64,000 nt of DNA from Desulfurella sp. (GTDB lineage: Bacteria; Campylobacterota_A; Desulfurellia; Desulfurellales; Desulfurellaceae), in NCBI RefSeq assembly GCF_049977265.1, contig NZ_JBMFGQ010000001.1:18556-82555 (forward strand), in the 5' to 3' direction. Below are positions 50,263 to 59,327 of this stretch, piece after piece (within the stretch, counting starts at the first letter, position 1; the number at the start of each line of letters is the position of its first letter). Below the pieces are notes generated by a model that worked only from the letters and a program-made list of their open reading frames with translations, was not told where the DNA came from and made no database searches. Both the position numbers and the translations under genes were made by a program.

Positions 50263-51054
50263 ATGCAAAGTAGTGTTTTTGGTATAGGAAAAGAGTTAAT
50301 ATCCGCCCAAATTAAAGATAATAATGCATATTATATAGCAAAAAGATTAAACGAAATAGGTATTGAAAATCGGTTTATTATCTTTTTGGATGATTGTCTT
50401 GATGATATTACTCAAACGATTAATTATTTTTTAACAAAAACTAGGCTTATTGTCACAACAGGTGGTCTTGGGCCTACATTTGACGATTTAACGCTCCAGG
50501 CTATAGCTTTAGCCATAAATGATGAATTGATTTTAAGTCAAAAGTGTTTGTCTGAAATTGAGTTTTTTTATGAAAAATTATACGAAGAAGGCAAAATTGC
50601 AGATAAACATTTAAATGTTAACAGGCAAAAAATGGCCTATGTTCCAAAAAGTGCTATATTACTTAAAAATAGTGTAGGTGCCGCCTGTGGTGTTTATGTT
50701 AAAAAAGATGACTTTCATATATTTTGTCTACCAGGTGTACCTGCAGAGATGCAAACAATGTTTGAAACCCAGGTAGAGCCAATTTTAAGATCAATTTGCA
50801 TACCTAATATTACACAAACACAAACTATAGAGTGCGATATTAATGATGAAAGTTTACTTGGTTTTATATCCCAGGAAGTTACGCAAAAAACACACGTTTA
50901 TGTAAAAACTCTGCCACAGAGTTTTTCATCTAATACAATGAGTGTAAGATTTAGCGCCAATGCTCCTACAAAAGGCCAGGCTCAAAAAGAACTGGAAAAA
51001 GCTATATCATTATTTCGTGAACTTTTATCTAGATTTCAATCTGGCAAAATCTAA
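50263..51054 (+). CDS. CinA-like competence/damage-inducible protein (MoCF-biosynthesis domain, no PncC domain)
   Basis: 263 aa. N-terminus FGIGKELISAQIKDNNAYYIAKRL and TTGGLGPTFDDLT. The ATG lies 6 nt (TTTTTT) after the tRNA-Asp CCA, with no Shine-Dalgarno. Confidence 0.82.
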   Translation: MQSSVFGIGKELISAQIKDNNAYYIAKRLNEIGIENRFIIFLDDCLDDITQTINYFLTKTRLIVTTGGLGPTFDDLTLQAIALAINDELILSQKCLSEIEFFYEKLYEEGKIADKHLNVNRQKMAYVPKSAILLKNSVGAACGVYVKKDDFHIFCLPGVPAEMQTMFETQVEPILRSICIPNITQTQTIECDINDESLLGFISQEVTQKTHVYVKTLPQSFSSNTMSVRFSANAPTKGQAQKELEKAISLFRELLSRFQSGKI

Positions 51055-51981
51055 CATCATCTGACTAAACGCTTTTTTATTTGTAAACACAACATCATAA
51101 GCTACATTTTTTATATCATTGCCTTGTAGTCCCATGACAGATGATTTTTTATTGATAATAGATTGCACTGATTTAATGCCCATTCGCATACCAAGTGTTC
51201 TATCAAATACGCTTGGGTTACCACCTCTTTGAATATGCCCAAGTATTGTAAGTCTTGTGTCAAAACCTGCTTCTTTTTTGAGTTTTTCTGTAACTTCCTG
51301 AGTTTTTTTAACACCTTCTGCTACAATAACTATGCTGTATTTTCTACCACGTTCATGTTCCTGTTTTAGTCTGTTCATAATAGAGTTTAGATCATATTCT
51401 ACTTCAGGTATTAAAACAGCTTCAGCACCAGATGCCATAGCACTCATTAAAGCAAGATAGCCACACTCTCTACCCATAGTTTCTATAACAAATGCCCTCT
51501 TATGGCTGGACGCAGTATCGCGTATAATATCTATAGCATATATTATTATATTCAGCGCCGTATCTACACCCAAAGCCATATCAGTACCATATATATCATT
51601 ATCAATAGATTCTGGTATTCCAACACACACAATACCACTTTCAGCTAACTTTTTTGCGCCACGCAAAGATCCGTCACCACCAATTACAATAAGGCCTTCT
51701 ATTTCCTCTTCTTCTAATGTTTTAAGTGCTTTTTTAAAGCCACTTTCTTGCATAAACTCTTCACAGCGTGATGTCATCAGTATTGTTCCACCTCTTTGCA
51801 ATACGCCGCTAACTTGTGTTGGTGTCAATTCAATTGCTAAATCATTAACAAGGCCATTATAGCCTTCCAAAAAACCTGTTACTCTTATATTGTTTTTGTA
51901 AGCTTCTTCGACTATAGCTTTAAGTGTAGCATTTATACCAGAACAATCTCCACCGCTTGTTAAAACACCAATTCTTTTCAT
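51025..51981 (-). CDS. pfkA: ATP-dependent 6-phosphofructokinase
   Basis: 318 aa. GVLTSGGDCSGINA, GGDGS, IPESIDNDI and MGRECG motifs. Confidence 0.95.
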   Translation of the reverse strand: MKRIGVLTSGGDCSGINATLKAIVEEAYKNNIRVTGFLEGYNGLVNDLAIELTPTQVSGVLQRGGTILMTSRCEEFMQESGFKKALKTLEEEEIEGLIVIGGDGSLRGAKKLAESGIVCVGIPESIDNDIYGTDMALGVDTALNIIIYAIDIIRDTASSHKRAFVIETMGRECGYLALMSAMASGAEAVLIPEVEYDLNSIMNRLKQEHERGRKYSIVIVAEGVKKTQEVTEKLKKEAGFDTRLTILGHIQRGGNPSVFDRTLGMRMGIKSVQSIINKKSSVMGLQGNDIKNVAYDVVFTNKKAFSQMMLDFARLKSR

Positions 51982-51989
51982 TAACCCCC

Positions 51990-52292
51990 CTAAAATTTTT
52001 TTCGCGTATTCTTTTTAATTTCTGCTACGCCACCTGTTGTGGTTATATAATCTTTTAGCTTTTCAAATTTCTTTTCGCCAATGCCTGAAACGTTTTTTAT
52101 TTCATCTATGCTATTAAAAAAGCCATGTGAGTTTCTGTAATCAACAATCTTTTTTGCCGTTTTTGGACCAATACCCGGCAATTTGGTAAGTGCTTGCTGA
52201 CCTGCAATGTTAATATTGAGTTTATCTGATTGAGCAAAGGCTATGCTGAAAACAAAAATAATACTCAAAAAAACACCTAAAGCTAGCTTCAT
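51990..52292 (-). CDS. comEA: ComEA-family helix-hairpin-helix DNA-binding protein
   Basis: 100 aa. Signal/anchor helix followed by two HhH motifs (LTKLPGIGPKTAKKIV, VSGIGEKKFEKL). Confidence 0.85.
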   Translation of the reverse strand: MKLALGVFLSIIFVFSIAFAQSDKLNINIAGQQALTKLPGIGPKTAKKIVDYRNSHGFFNSIDEIKNVSGIGEKKFEKLKDYITTTGGVAEIKKNTRKKF

Positions 52293-52373
52293 AAAGCCTC
52301 CAACTATTTTTTTGTTAATATATCATATTTTGCTAATTTTTTAAATAAATTTTTAAAATTTTTAAGAAGAAGA

Positions 52374-53588
52374 TTAATTATTGCATAATATGTTACTTAT
52401 ATCTAGAGTAAAGGTATTTTCGCCACTTTGGTAATCATAGGTAATTTTTACTTTATGTTTGTCTAAAATATATTTAGTTACATACAATCCAAGACCCATA
52501 CCTTCTTTGTTTTTTAATGAAGTTTCTTTTGAAAACGGTTCAAACATCTTGTCTGTGCTCAGTTGAGATTTTTCACCTACATTTGTGAAAATAATTTTTT
52601 TGTTTTGTTCCAGGATATTTATTGTCTGATTAGAAGAAAATTTTATGCCATTGTCTAACAAATTTTTTACAGCGATGGCAAAAAGATCAATATCTACTTT
52701 TAATGTATAATTAATCGCATGTTCGTATATGACTTTTCCATTTTCAACAAACAAGATTTTTTTTGCAGCATCTAATATGTTATCGAATTTATAGCATTTT
52801 GATGACTCATCAATATTTTTGGCTGCAATTTGTTCTACAGAGAGCAATTCGTTTATAAGCACATCGAGCCTTTTAAATATACGTAAAAAATTTTCTTTCC
52901 TGCTCGTATCGTTCAACAATTCAGTTGCTATCATACCTTTTGCGATTGGCGTTTTTAACTCGTGAGCCACATTGCGCAAAAACCACTGTCTTAATTCTGC
53001 GCTTTTTTTTAGATTATCAACAGCTTCTTGAAACTCTTGAGCAAGAAAACCTACTTCATCCTTTCTATTCAACCCAAAGTTTATGTTCATGTTTCCTTGC
53101 TTGAATTCTTCTATTTTTTTTCTTAAAACTTTTATTGGGTATATTGATTTTAGTATGCTAATATATAAAAATAAAATACTTACAACAAAAACAGCCCACA
53201 AAATCAATATAAAGCTTGAGGCTCCAAATTTTTGCTCTTTTTTGATTAAGATATTTTGATTGGGCATTTGAATATAAAGATAAGTATTTGTATTATATTT
53301 TAGTAAGGTCCAGTTTTGCATGCCAGTAGGCATTTCTTTTTTTAATATTACTCTTGATTTGTTAATAATGTCTTCAATTTCTTTTGAGTTTTGTATAATG
53401 CTGATATTTTCAGATTTTGCGTAGTTTGTTAAATTGTGTGTTCTTGCAAGCAACATGCTTTTACGGATAAACTCAAAATTAGACTGTCTCTCAAGTGTAA
53501 AAAAAACAAACAAGAAAAGAGCAGCAGATACAACAAAAGTTAAAATGAATATAAGATTTAATTTAAACAAAATAGAATTTTTGTTCAT
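52374..53588 (-). CDS. sensor histidine kinase (2 TM, HAMP, HisKA, HATPase_c)
   Basis: 404 aa. H-box NVAHELKTPIA, N box LLDNGIKFS and G box GMGLGLYV. 4-nt overlap with the regulator gene. Confidence 0.9.
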   Translation of the reverse strand: MNKNSILFKLNLIFILTFVVSAALFLFVFFTLERQSNFEFIRKSMLLARTHNLTNYAKSENISIIQNSKEIEDIINKSRVILKKEMPTGMQNWTLLKYNTNTYLYIQMPNQNILIKKEQKFGASSFILILWAVFVVSILFLYISILKSIYPIKVLRKKIEEFKQGNMNINFGLNRKDEVGFLAQEFQEAVDNLKKSAELRQWFLRNVAHELKTPIAKGMIATELLNDTSRKENFLRIFKRLDVLINELLSVEQIAAKNIDESSKCYKFDNILDAAKKILFVENGKVIYEHAINYTLKVDIDLFAIAVKNLLDNGIKFSSNQTINILEQNKKIIFTNVGEKSQLSTDKMFEPFSKETSLKNKEGMGLGLYVTKYILDKHKVKITYDYQSGENTFTLDISNILCNN

Positions 53589-54259
53589 TCCACAAATTTA
53601 TAACCAATACCCCTGATAGATTTAATGTAGCGAGGTTCTTTAGGATCATCGTCAATTTTTTTTCTAATACGACCAACAATCACATCAACGCTTCTGTCAA
53701 TGCTTTCATAGTCCATGGTTTTTGTGTTTTCCAAAATAAAATCTCTCGTTAAAACTCGGTTTTTATTTTTTAAAAATAGTGCTAATATTTCGTATTCAGC
53801 CGAGGTAAGATTTAATGTGTTATTTTTATACATTATAATCATTTCGTTTTCATCAACATCAAAATCACTTTTAATATTTTTTTGCTCTTTTCGCTTTTTA
53901 ATTCTTCTAAGAAGGGCTTGTATGCGCGCCACAAGTTCACGAGGGTTGTATGGTTTTGCAAGGTAATCGTCTGCAGCTAGTTCAAGTGCCAGTACTTTAT
54001 CCGAGTAATCGCTTCGTGCAGATGATATTATAATAGGTATATCAATGGCACTTTTTATAATTTTTTTGCATACGTCTATACCGTCTATGTCAGGCAAGCT
54101 CAGATCTAATATAAGAATATCATATTTTGATTTATTTAATGCTTCTAATCCTTTTATTGGTGATTCAAAATTAAAAACTTTCATATTAAACTGAGATAAA
54201 TATTCTCTTAAAAGATCCGCAAGTTCAGTATCATCTTCAATCATTAAAATTTTTGCCAT
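53585..54259 (-). CDS. OmpR/PhoB-family response regulator
   Basis: 224 aa. Receiver domain (ILILDLSLPDIDG, KP) and a winged-helix C-terminus (...IRGIGYKF). Confidence 0.93.
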   Translation of the reverse strand: MAKILMIEDDTELADLLREYLSQFNMKVFNFESPIKGLEALNKSKYDILILDLSLPDIDGIDVCKKIIKSAIDIPIIISSARSDYSDKVLALELAADDYLAKPYNPRELVARIQALLRRIKKRKEQKNIKSDFDVDENEMIIMYKNNTLNLTSAEYEILALFLKNKNRVLTRDFILENTKTMDYESIDRSVDVIVGRIRKKIDDDPKEPRYIKSIRGIGYKFVE

Positions 54260-54268
54260 ATAATCACC

Positions 54269-54292
54269 TAGTCTGGGATTGCTCCCAGACTA
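54269..54292 (-). terminator. hairpin between the Spy/CpxP-like gene and the response regulator gene (possible attenuator)
   Basis: TAGTCTGGGA-TTGC-TCCCAGACTA is a perfect 10-bp stem. There is no following T-run on the minus strand. Its 3' arm abuts the GGTGA Shine-Dalgarno of the regulator gene. Confidence 0.4.
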
Positions 54293-54318
54293 AATATAAC
54301 ACACATAGAAAAATTTTT

Positions 54319-54837
54319 CTATTGGACATTTGATTTTAGATAATTAATTCTATTTTGTAACATTTGTTGCCTGTTTTCCATATTTTTTAGAGCAAATTGC
54401 ATTTTTTCTTTTTGTAATTGCACAAACTTTTGTCTTTGGACAGGCGTTAGAATGCTAAAAAAATGCTCCATATAATTTGCTCTGTTTTGAGCTCTAAGTT
54501 TAGCATTTTGTTCTGATTCTTCAATAAACACTTGCTTATTAAAGTTGCCCGATTTCATTGAGTCGAACATAGGCATTTTGTAATTTGATTGGTTGGTTGC
54601 AGAGTTTTGAAATACTTCTTTTCTTAGCTGTTCTAGTTGTTGAACTTGTGCGGGTGTTAGGTTTAACTCTTTTTGCATATATTGATACCCAAAATTACCC
54701 CTTGCATGATATCCATAACCAGCATTACCACAAAATCCTGTGTTAAAGCCGCCGCCCATTGGGCCAGCAATAGCTAAACTTACACCTGAGCTAAATAATG
54801 TTGCCGCTAAAAGCGCCGAAACAAATGTCTTTTTCAT
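54319..54837 (-). CDS. periplasmic Spy/CpxP/ZraP-family protein (two LTXXQ motifs)
   Basis: 172 aa. Signal peptide MKKTFVSALLAATLFSSGVSLAIA, a Gly/aromatic-rich segment, then LTPAQVQQLEQLRKE and LTPVQRQKFVQLQKE. AAGGAGG Shine-Dalgarno. Confidence 0.8.
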   Translation of the reverse strand: MKKTFVSALLAATLFSSGVSLAIAGPMGGGFNTGFCGNAGYGYHARGNFGYQYMQKELNLTPAQVQQLEQLRKEVFQNSATNQSNYKMPMFDSMKSGNFNKQVFIEESEQNAKLRAQNRANYMEHFFSILTPVQRQKFVQLQKEKMQFALKNMENRQQMLQNRINYLKSNVQ

Positions 54838-54852
54838 AAAAGACCTCCTTAA

Positions 54853-54924
54853 GTAAATTTTCTATTATGAATATTATAATAGCTTTGTAAATATAGTTTA
54901 AATCAATTGTAAACGTTGTGTAAA
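54853..54924. promoter_or_regulatory. phased GTAAA pentamer repeats (candidate OmpR/CpxR-type regulator binding sites)
   Basis: GTAAA occurs at 54853, 54887, 54909 and 54920, with spacings of 34, 22 and 11 bp. The last pair ends 8 nt upstream of a TTGACA (54933..54938) on the plus strand. Confidence 0.45.
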
Positions 54925-54997
54925 TCAAAAGGTTGACATAAATTAAAAAGTAATTATATTTATAAAGTTACTTTAATAGTAACTTTTGGAGGAAGAT

Positions 54998-56416
54998 TTG
55001 AAAAGCTATGATTTGATTGTTATTGGTATGGGTCCAGCTGGTATGGCAGTATCTGCTATGGCAAGTGCTTTCGATTTAAATGTGCTTTCAGTTGAAGAAA
55101 ATAAAGTAGGTGGAGAATGTTTAAACTGTGGATGCATTCCAAGCAAGGCATTATTAAAAACAGCTCAAGTCAATCAAATTTCTCACAATTTACAAAAGTT
55201 TGGTATTCGTTCAAATATTTTTACAGATCCTTCTGAATCGCTTGATATTGTAAGGCAAAAGGTAAGCCGCATAAGCGGTAAAAAATTGATGCAGGCATTT
55301 GAAAGAGTTGAGTTAATTATAAATAAAGGTAATGCAGAGTTTGTAGACGCACATTCAATTAGGGTAGGCGAAAGTATATATAAGTCTAAAAAGATTTTTA
55401 TAGCAACAGGCACAAGTCCCTATATACCAAAAATAGAAGGTTTAGATAAGATTGATACTTCGTTTAAACTGACAAATATAAATTTATTTATGCAAGAGAG
55501 CATCCCAAAGAACCTCACAATTATTGGTGGAGGGGCTATTGGTTGCGAGATGGCTCAAGGTTTTGCAAGGCTTGGAAGCCGTGTAAATATTGTTCATATA
55601 GACAATCACCTTTTGCCGTTTGCAGACAGCGAGGCGGCAGACGTTTTAGAAGAAAAATTTAAAAAAGAAAATATCAATGTATTTAATAAAACACCAATAA
55701 AACGCGTTTATCAAAAAGGTGATACAGTATTTGTTGAGACTGATTCACATTTACTTGAAAGCGATAAAATACTCATTGCAACTGGCAGAAAACCAAATCT
55801 TGAGGAATTAAATCTGGATAATATAGGAATAAAGTACAATAAAAAGGGCATAGTTGTGGATAAAGCTTTAAGAACAAATATAAAACATATATATGCCATT
55901 GGTGATTGCAATGGCATATCTAATTTTTCGCATTCTGCCATGCATCAAGGCATGATTGCTCTAATTAATGCAATAAATCCATTACCATTTAAAATTCATC
56001 ATGATAAGTATTTTGTGCCATGGTCTGTATTTACTACACCAGAAGTGGCTAGCGTGGGTTTAACGCAAGAAGAAGCATTAAAAAAAGGTCTTGAGGTTGT
56101 CATTATAAAAAAAGATTACGCAAGTTATGGTAGGGCTATTGTAGATGGGGCAACAGAAGGCTTTATAAAAGTTATAACCAACAAAAAAGGCAGAATTTTT
56201 GGTGTAACAATAGTGGGTGAAAACGCAAGCGAAATTATTCATGAATGGATTTTGGCAATGCAATTTAAATTATCTATGTTTGATATATTAATGACGCAGC
56301 ATTCGTTTCCAACAATATCTATGTTGAATAAAATGGTATGTGAAGACTGGATGATGGAAAATCTCCAACGAAGCAATACCATAAAGAAAATTGCAAGAAA
56401 GCTTTTTAGGTTATAA
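54998..56416 (+). CDS. class I pyridine nucleotide-disulfide oxidoreductase (dihydrolipoamide dehydrogenase / mercuric reductase-like)
   Basis: FAD motif YDLIVIGMGPAGM, redox-active GGECLNCGCIPSK, NAD motif IIGGGAIGCE, and a dimerisation domain with HSFPT. TTG at 54998 lies 5 nt after GGAGG (ORF track gives 54986). Confidence 0.85.
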   Translation: MKSYDLIVIGMGPAGMAVSAMASAFDLNVLSVEENKVGGECLNCGCIPSKALLKTAQVNQISHNLQKFGIRSNIFTDPSESLDIVRQKVSRISGKKLMQAFERVELIINKGNAEFVDAHSIRVGESIYKSKKIFIATGTSPYIPKIEGLDKIDTSFKLTNINLFMQESIPKNLTIIGGGAIGCEMAQGFARLGSRVNIVHIDNHLLPFADSEAADVLEEKFKKENINVFNKTPIKRVYQKGDTVFVETDSHLLESDKILIATGRKPNLEELNLDNIGIKYNKKGIVVDKALRTNIKHIYAIGDCNGISNFSHSAMHQGMIALINAINPLPFKIHHDKYFVPWSVFTTPEVASVGLTQEEALKKGLEVVIIKKDYASYGRAIVDGATEGFIKVITNKKGRIFGVTIVGENASEIIHEWILAMQFKLSMFDILMTQHSFPTISMLNKMVCEDWMMENLQRSNTIKKIARKLFRL

Positions 56417-57532
56417 TTAAATTTTTATAGGCACTTTTACAATTGCTCTAAATGTTTCTCTTGTTGTTACAATATCAATATCACCATTTAAAATGTTTAG
56501 TGTTTTGTAAACCAAATAAAGGCCAAGACCTTTACCAAAGTGTAGTGTTTGAGCATTTAGATCATTATCGTTTAATTTGTATGGATTTTCTATTTTTAAA
56601 TGATAATATTTACCTAATATATGCGACTCCAATTTTATAAAGCCATCGTCAATGTTATATTTTACGGCGTTGTCAATTAAGTTACGCACAAGTATATAAA
56701 AAATATTTTGATACGTATAAATTTTAGCATCAGAAAGATTTAAATCGAGTGTTATTTTTTTTGACTCTAAAGAAAAACTCAATTCTTGCAAAATTGTTTT
56801 GATAATTATTTGTGTATCAATTTGGTTTTCGTCTTGTTTGTTTGTAACGTCAAACTTCTTAATTTCCAATACGCCATTTAATATGTTTTTTATGCGGTTT
56901 ATACTATTTTTTACACGTTCATCTTCACTTATCAGACTAATGTATGCAAGTGGTGTTAATACTTCATGTGCCACTGTATCTAAAAATTCTTCTGTTGTAC
57001 GATATAGAGATAGAAGTGGTATGGACCATTTTTGAGATAAAACATAACTGACTCTGTGATATAGTCCAACAATAAAAAACGATATAATGAATACCAAACC
57101 AAAAAAATAAGCGATATTCTTATAGATTTCGTTTAGTGAGTATGCAGCTATAATTTGAATATGCCCCAAAGTTGCATCTTCAAAACCTGTTTTTTGAAAA
57201 GCAAGGCCTGAGTATTGAAAATTATTTTTTGTTTGTTTTATAATATTATCAATCATGCCTTTGTTTATACTGACATTTGAACTCATTATTTTGTTTTTAT
57301 TATCAATAATTACATAAAAAATGTCCTGAGGCTTGCTTTGGTAAATTCCAGTCGTTTTGATTGAAAGTTCAATATTTTCTATCACTCTTTTTGCAAGAGC
57401 CTCGCGGTTTTTTTGTATATCTAAGTATCTTTGATATGAAAGAATTCCATCAAAAAAAACAAGCATAATAAATACAAGCAATGTATGCAGCAAAATGATA
57501 TTGTTAATAAACTTTTTTATATATTTATTCAT
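56417..57532 (-). CDS. sensor histidine kinase
   Basis: 371 aa. Two TM helices flank a periplasmic domain. H-box TVAHEVLTPLA, N box LIDNAVKYN and G box GKGLGLYL. The stop codon abuts the stop of the convergent oxidoreductase gene. Confidence 0.88.
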   Translation of the reverse strand: MNKYIKKFINNIILLHTLLVFIMLVFFDGILSYQRYLDIQKNREALAKRVIENIELSIKTTGIYQSKPQDIFYVIIDNKNKIMSSNVSINKGMIDNIIKQTKNNFQYSGLAFQKTGFEDATLGHIQIIAAYSLNEIYKNIAYFFGLVFIISFFIVGLYHRVSYVLSQKWSIPLLSLYRTTEEFLDTVAHEVLTPLAYISLISEDERVKNSINRIKNILNGVLEIKKFDVTNKQDENQIDTQIIIKTILQELSFSLESKKITLDLNLSDAKIYTYQNIFYILVRNLIDNAVKYNIDDGFIKLESHILGKYYHLKIENPYKLNDNDLNAQTLHFGKGLGLYLVYKTLNILNGDIDIVTTRETFRAIVKVPIKI

Positions 57533-58172
57533 CTATTTTATAGCCGTAGCCTTTGATGGTTTTTATTAAGTCTTTATCTAATAATTTTTTTCTCAAGCTA
57601 TAAATGTGAGATTTTAGTGTTTCTACGCTACCATCCTCATTCCATATATAGTCTATTAAACTGTCTGTTTTTACGACTCTATTTTTGTTGCGCATTAAAT
57701 ATTCTAAAAGCATGAATTCTTTTTGTGTAAGATTTTCGATAGGTTTTGAATCTATATAAACTGTGTGTTTTTGCGTATCAATTTCAATATTTTTAACTTT
57801 TATAATGCCTTTTGGCATGTTTCTATTTGCTATAGCTTTTATACGAGCAAGCAGTTCTTCTTTGTAAAATGGTTTAGTTATGTAATCGTCTATATTTGCT
57901 TCAAATCCTTCCAATTTATCGCTTAGAGAGCTTTTCACGGTTAAAAAAATAGCTGGCGTTGTTACTGTTTTTCTCAACTCTTTTAAAGTATATAAAGAAT
58001 CTTTATTTTTTATCGCTCTATCCATGATAAATAAATCAAATGTGCGCGTCCTGGCATAAAGATTAAAATCTTCTAACGTCTCCACCCACTCTGTTTCAAA
58101 GCTGTTTTGTTCTAATAATTCTTTTAGCGCTTTCCCAAGCTCTTTGTCATCTTCCAACAGAAGGATTTTCAT
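57525..58172 (-). CDS. OmpR/PhoB-family response regulator
   Basis: 215 aa. Receiver domain (LFIMDRAI, KP) and a winged helix (...IKGYGYKI). Confidence 0.92.
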   Translation of the reverse strand: MKILLLEDDKELGKALKELLEQNSFETEWVETLEDFNLYARTRTFDLFIMDRAIKNKDSLYTLKELRKTVTTPAIFLTVKSSLSDKLEGFEANIDDYITKPFYKEELLARIKAIANRNMPKGIIKVKNIEIDTQKHTVYIDSKPIENLTQKEFMLLEYLMRNKNRVVKTDSLIDYIWNEDGSVETLKSHIYSLRKKLLDKDLIKTIKGYGYKIDE

Positions 58173-58497
58173 GGTTCTTTGCTTTTTGTATGTTTGATAA
58201 ACTTTTCATTAATAGTATTGCACTAACGGCCCTGTAGTAGCAAGCTTCAAATTGTTCGTTTGATAAACTTTCTTGGGCTTGGGATAAGTTTTTGTCAACC
58301 AAATTTAATTGATTTTTGTATTCAGTGTTTTTAGCAAATTTTGTTACAAGTGGACTTTTTCTCATTTCTTTGGCTGTATGCAGGTATGAGGTACACATCG
58401 ATTTATAAGAAGGTTCAACTTTTTTAAAATCTTTCCCAAACGCATTCGAGAAAAAGAATAGGCTAAATAGAGTAATTAAAAACTTTTTAAACCACAT
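58147..58497 (-). CDS. small exported hypothetical protein upstream of the second two-component pair
   Basis: 116 aa. Signal peptide MWFKKFLITLFSLFFFSNAFG followed by a helical mature part. Overlaps the regulator gene by 26 nt. Confidence 0.55.
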   Translation of the reverse strand: MWFKKFLITLFSLFFFSNAFGKDFKKVEPSYKSMCTSYLHTAKEMRKSPLVTKFAKNTEYKNQLNLVDKNLSQAQESLSNEQFEACYYRAVSAILLMKSLSNIQKAKNHENPSVGR

Positions 58498-58527
58498 AAG
58501 GATACCTTTTAGCTTTACAATGTAAAT

Positions 58528-59190
58528 TCAAGGTAAAATTTCTTTTATCTTTATTTGTTTATTACTAACTTCAATAATGCCATCACTTACCAATTGCTTT
58601 TCTATGCGAGAAAAAGTTTCTTTTGCCATGCCTAAAAGCAGTGCAATCTCTTGCTTTGGCACATCTAATACCACCGTGAGGGATTTTTGGATTTTACTTA
58701 AATAGTTGAGATAGTTTAAAAATCTTTCCTTTGCATTTTCTATAGATAAGCGTTCGATTGTGTCTACAAGGTAATTTATGCGTTTGGCAAACATAAATAT
58801 TATATTTAGAGATAATTCTGTATGTGATTTTAAAAGAGGAAATAGCTTATCTTTATCTATACCCAGTATTATGGTGTTGGTGAGCGTTTGGGCTGTTACT
58901 GGATAAACATTTTGTGTTAACAGAATCTCTGCAAAAAATTCGTTTTTATTAACAAAATGTATGATACATTCATTGCCTTTTTCGTCTAAACGGTATAACT
59001 TTATTCTACCGTCCAATAAGTAGTAAATAACAGATCCTTTATCATTTTGTGTAAATATAATTTCACCTTTTTGCTTTTTTACAACAAAGCAAGATGTTTC
59101 CAACAATTCAATTATTTTTGAATCCGTTATACCAAGGGTTACTTTGAATAAGGTTTCTATAGTTTTTTTTTCGTTTGTTTTTTTGTTCAT
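58528..59190 (-). CDS. Crp/Fnr-family transcriptional regulator
   Basis: 220 aa. cNMP-binding beta-roll (GEIIFTQNDKGSVIYYLLDGRIKLY) and a C-terminal HTH (QEIALLLGMAKETFSRIEKQL). No N-terminal Fnr Cys cluster. Confidence 0.88.
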   Translation of the reverse strand: MNKKTNEKKTIETLFKVTLGITDSKIIELLETSCFVVKKQKGEIIFTQNDKGSVIYYLLDGRIKLYRLDEKGNECIIHFVNKNEFFAEILLTQNVYPVTAQTLTNTIILGIDKDKLFPLLKSHTELSLNIIFMFAKRINYLVDTIERLSIENAKERFLNYLNYLSKIQKSLTVVLDVPKQEIALLLGMAKETFSRIEKQLVSDGIIEVSNKQIKIKEILP

Positions 59191-59327
59191 AATTTAATAG
59201 TTCTCTTAAGCTAAGATAAACAATTTAAGACATTATGTCAATAATTTGATGTATAGCTTGAAAATAACATGCTTAAAGGTTATAATTAGTTAGTTTTTGT
59301 GTTTAAAAATTTGAAAGAGGGATGTGT

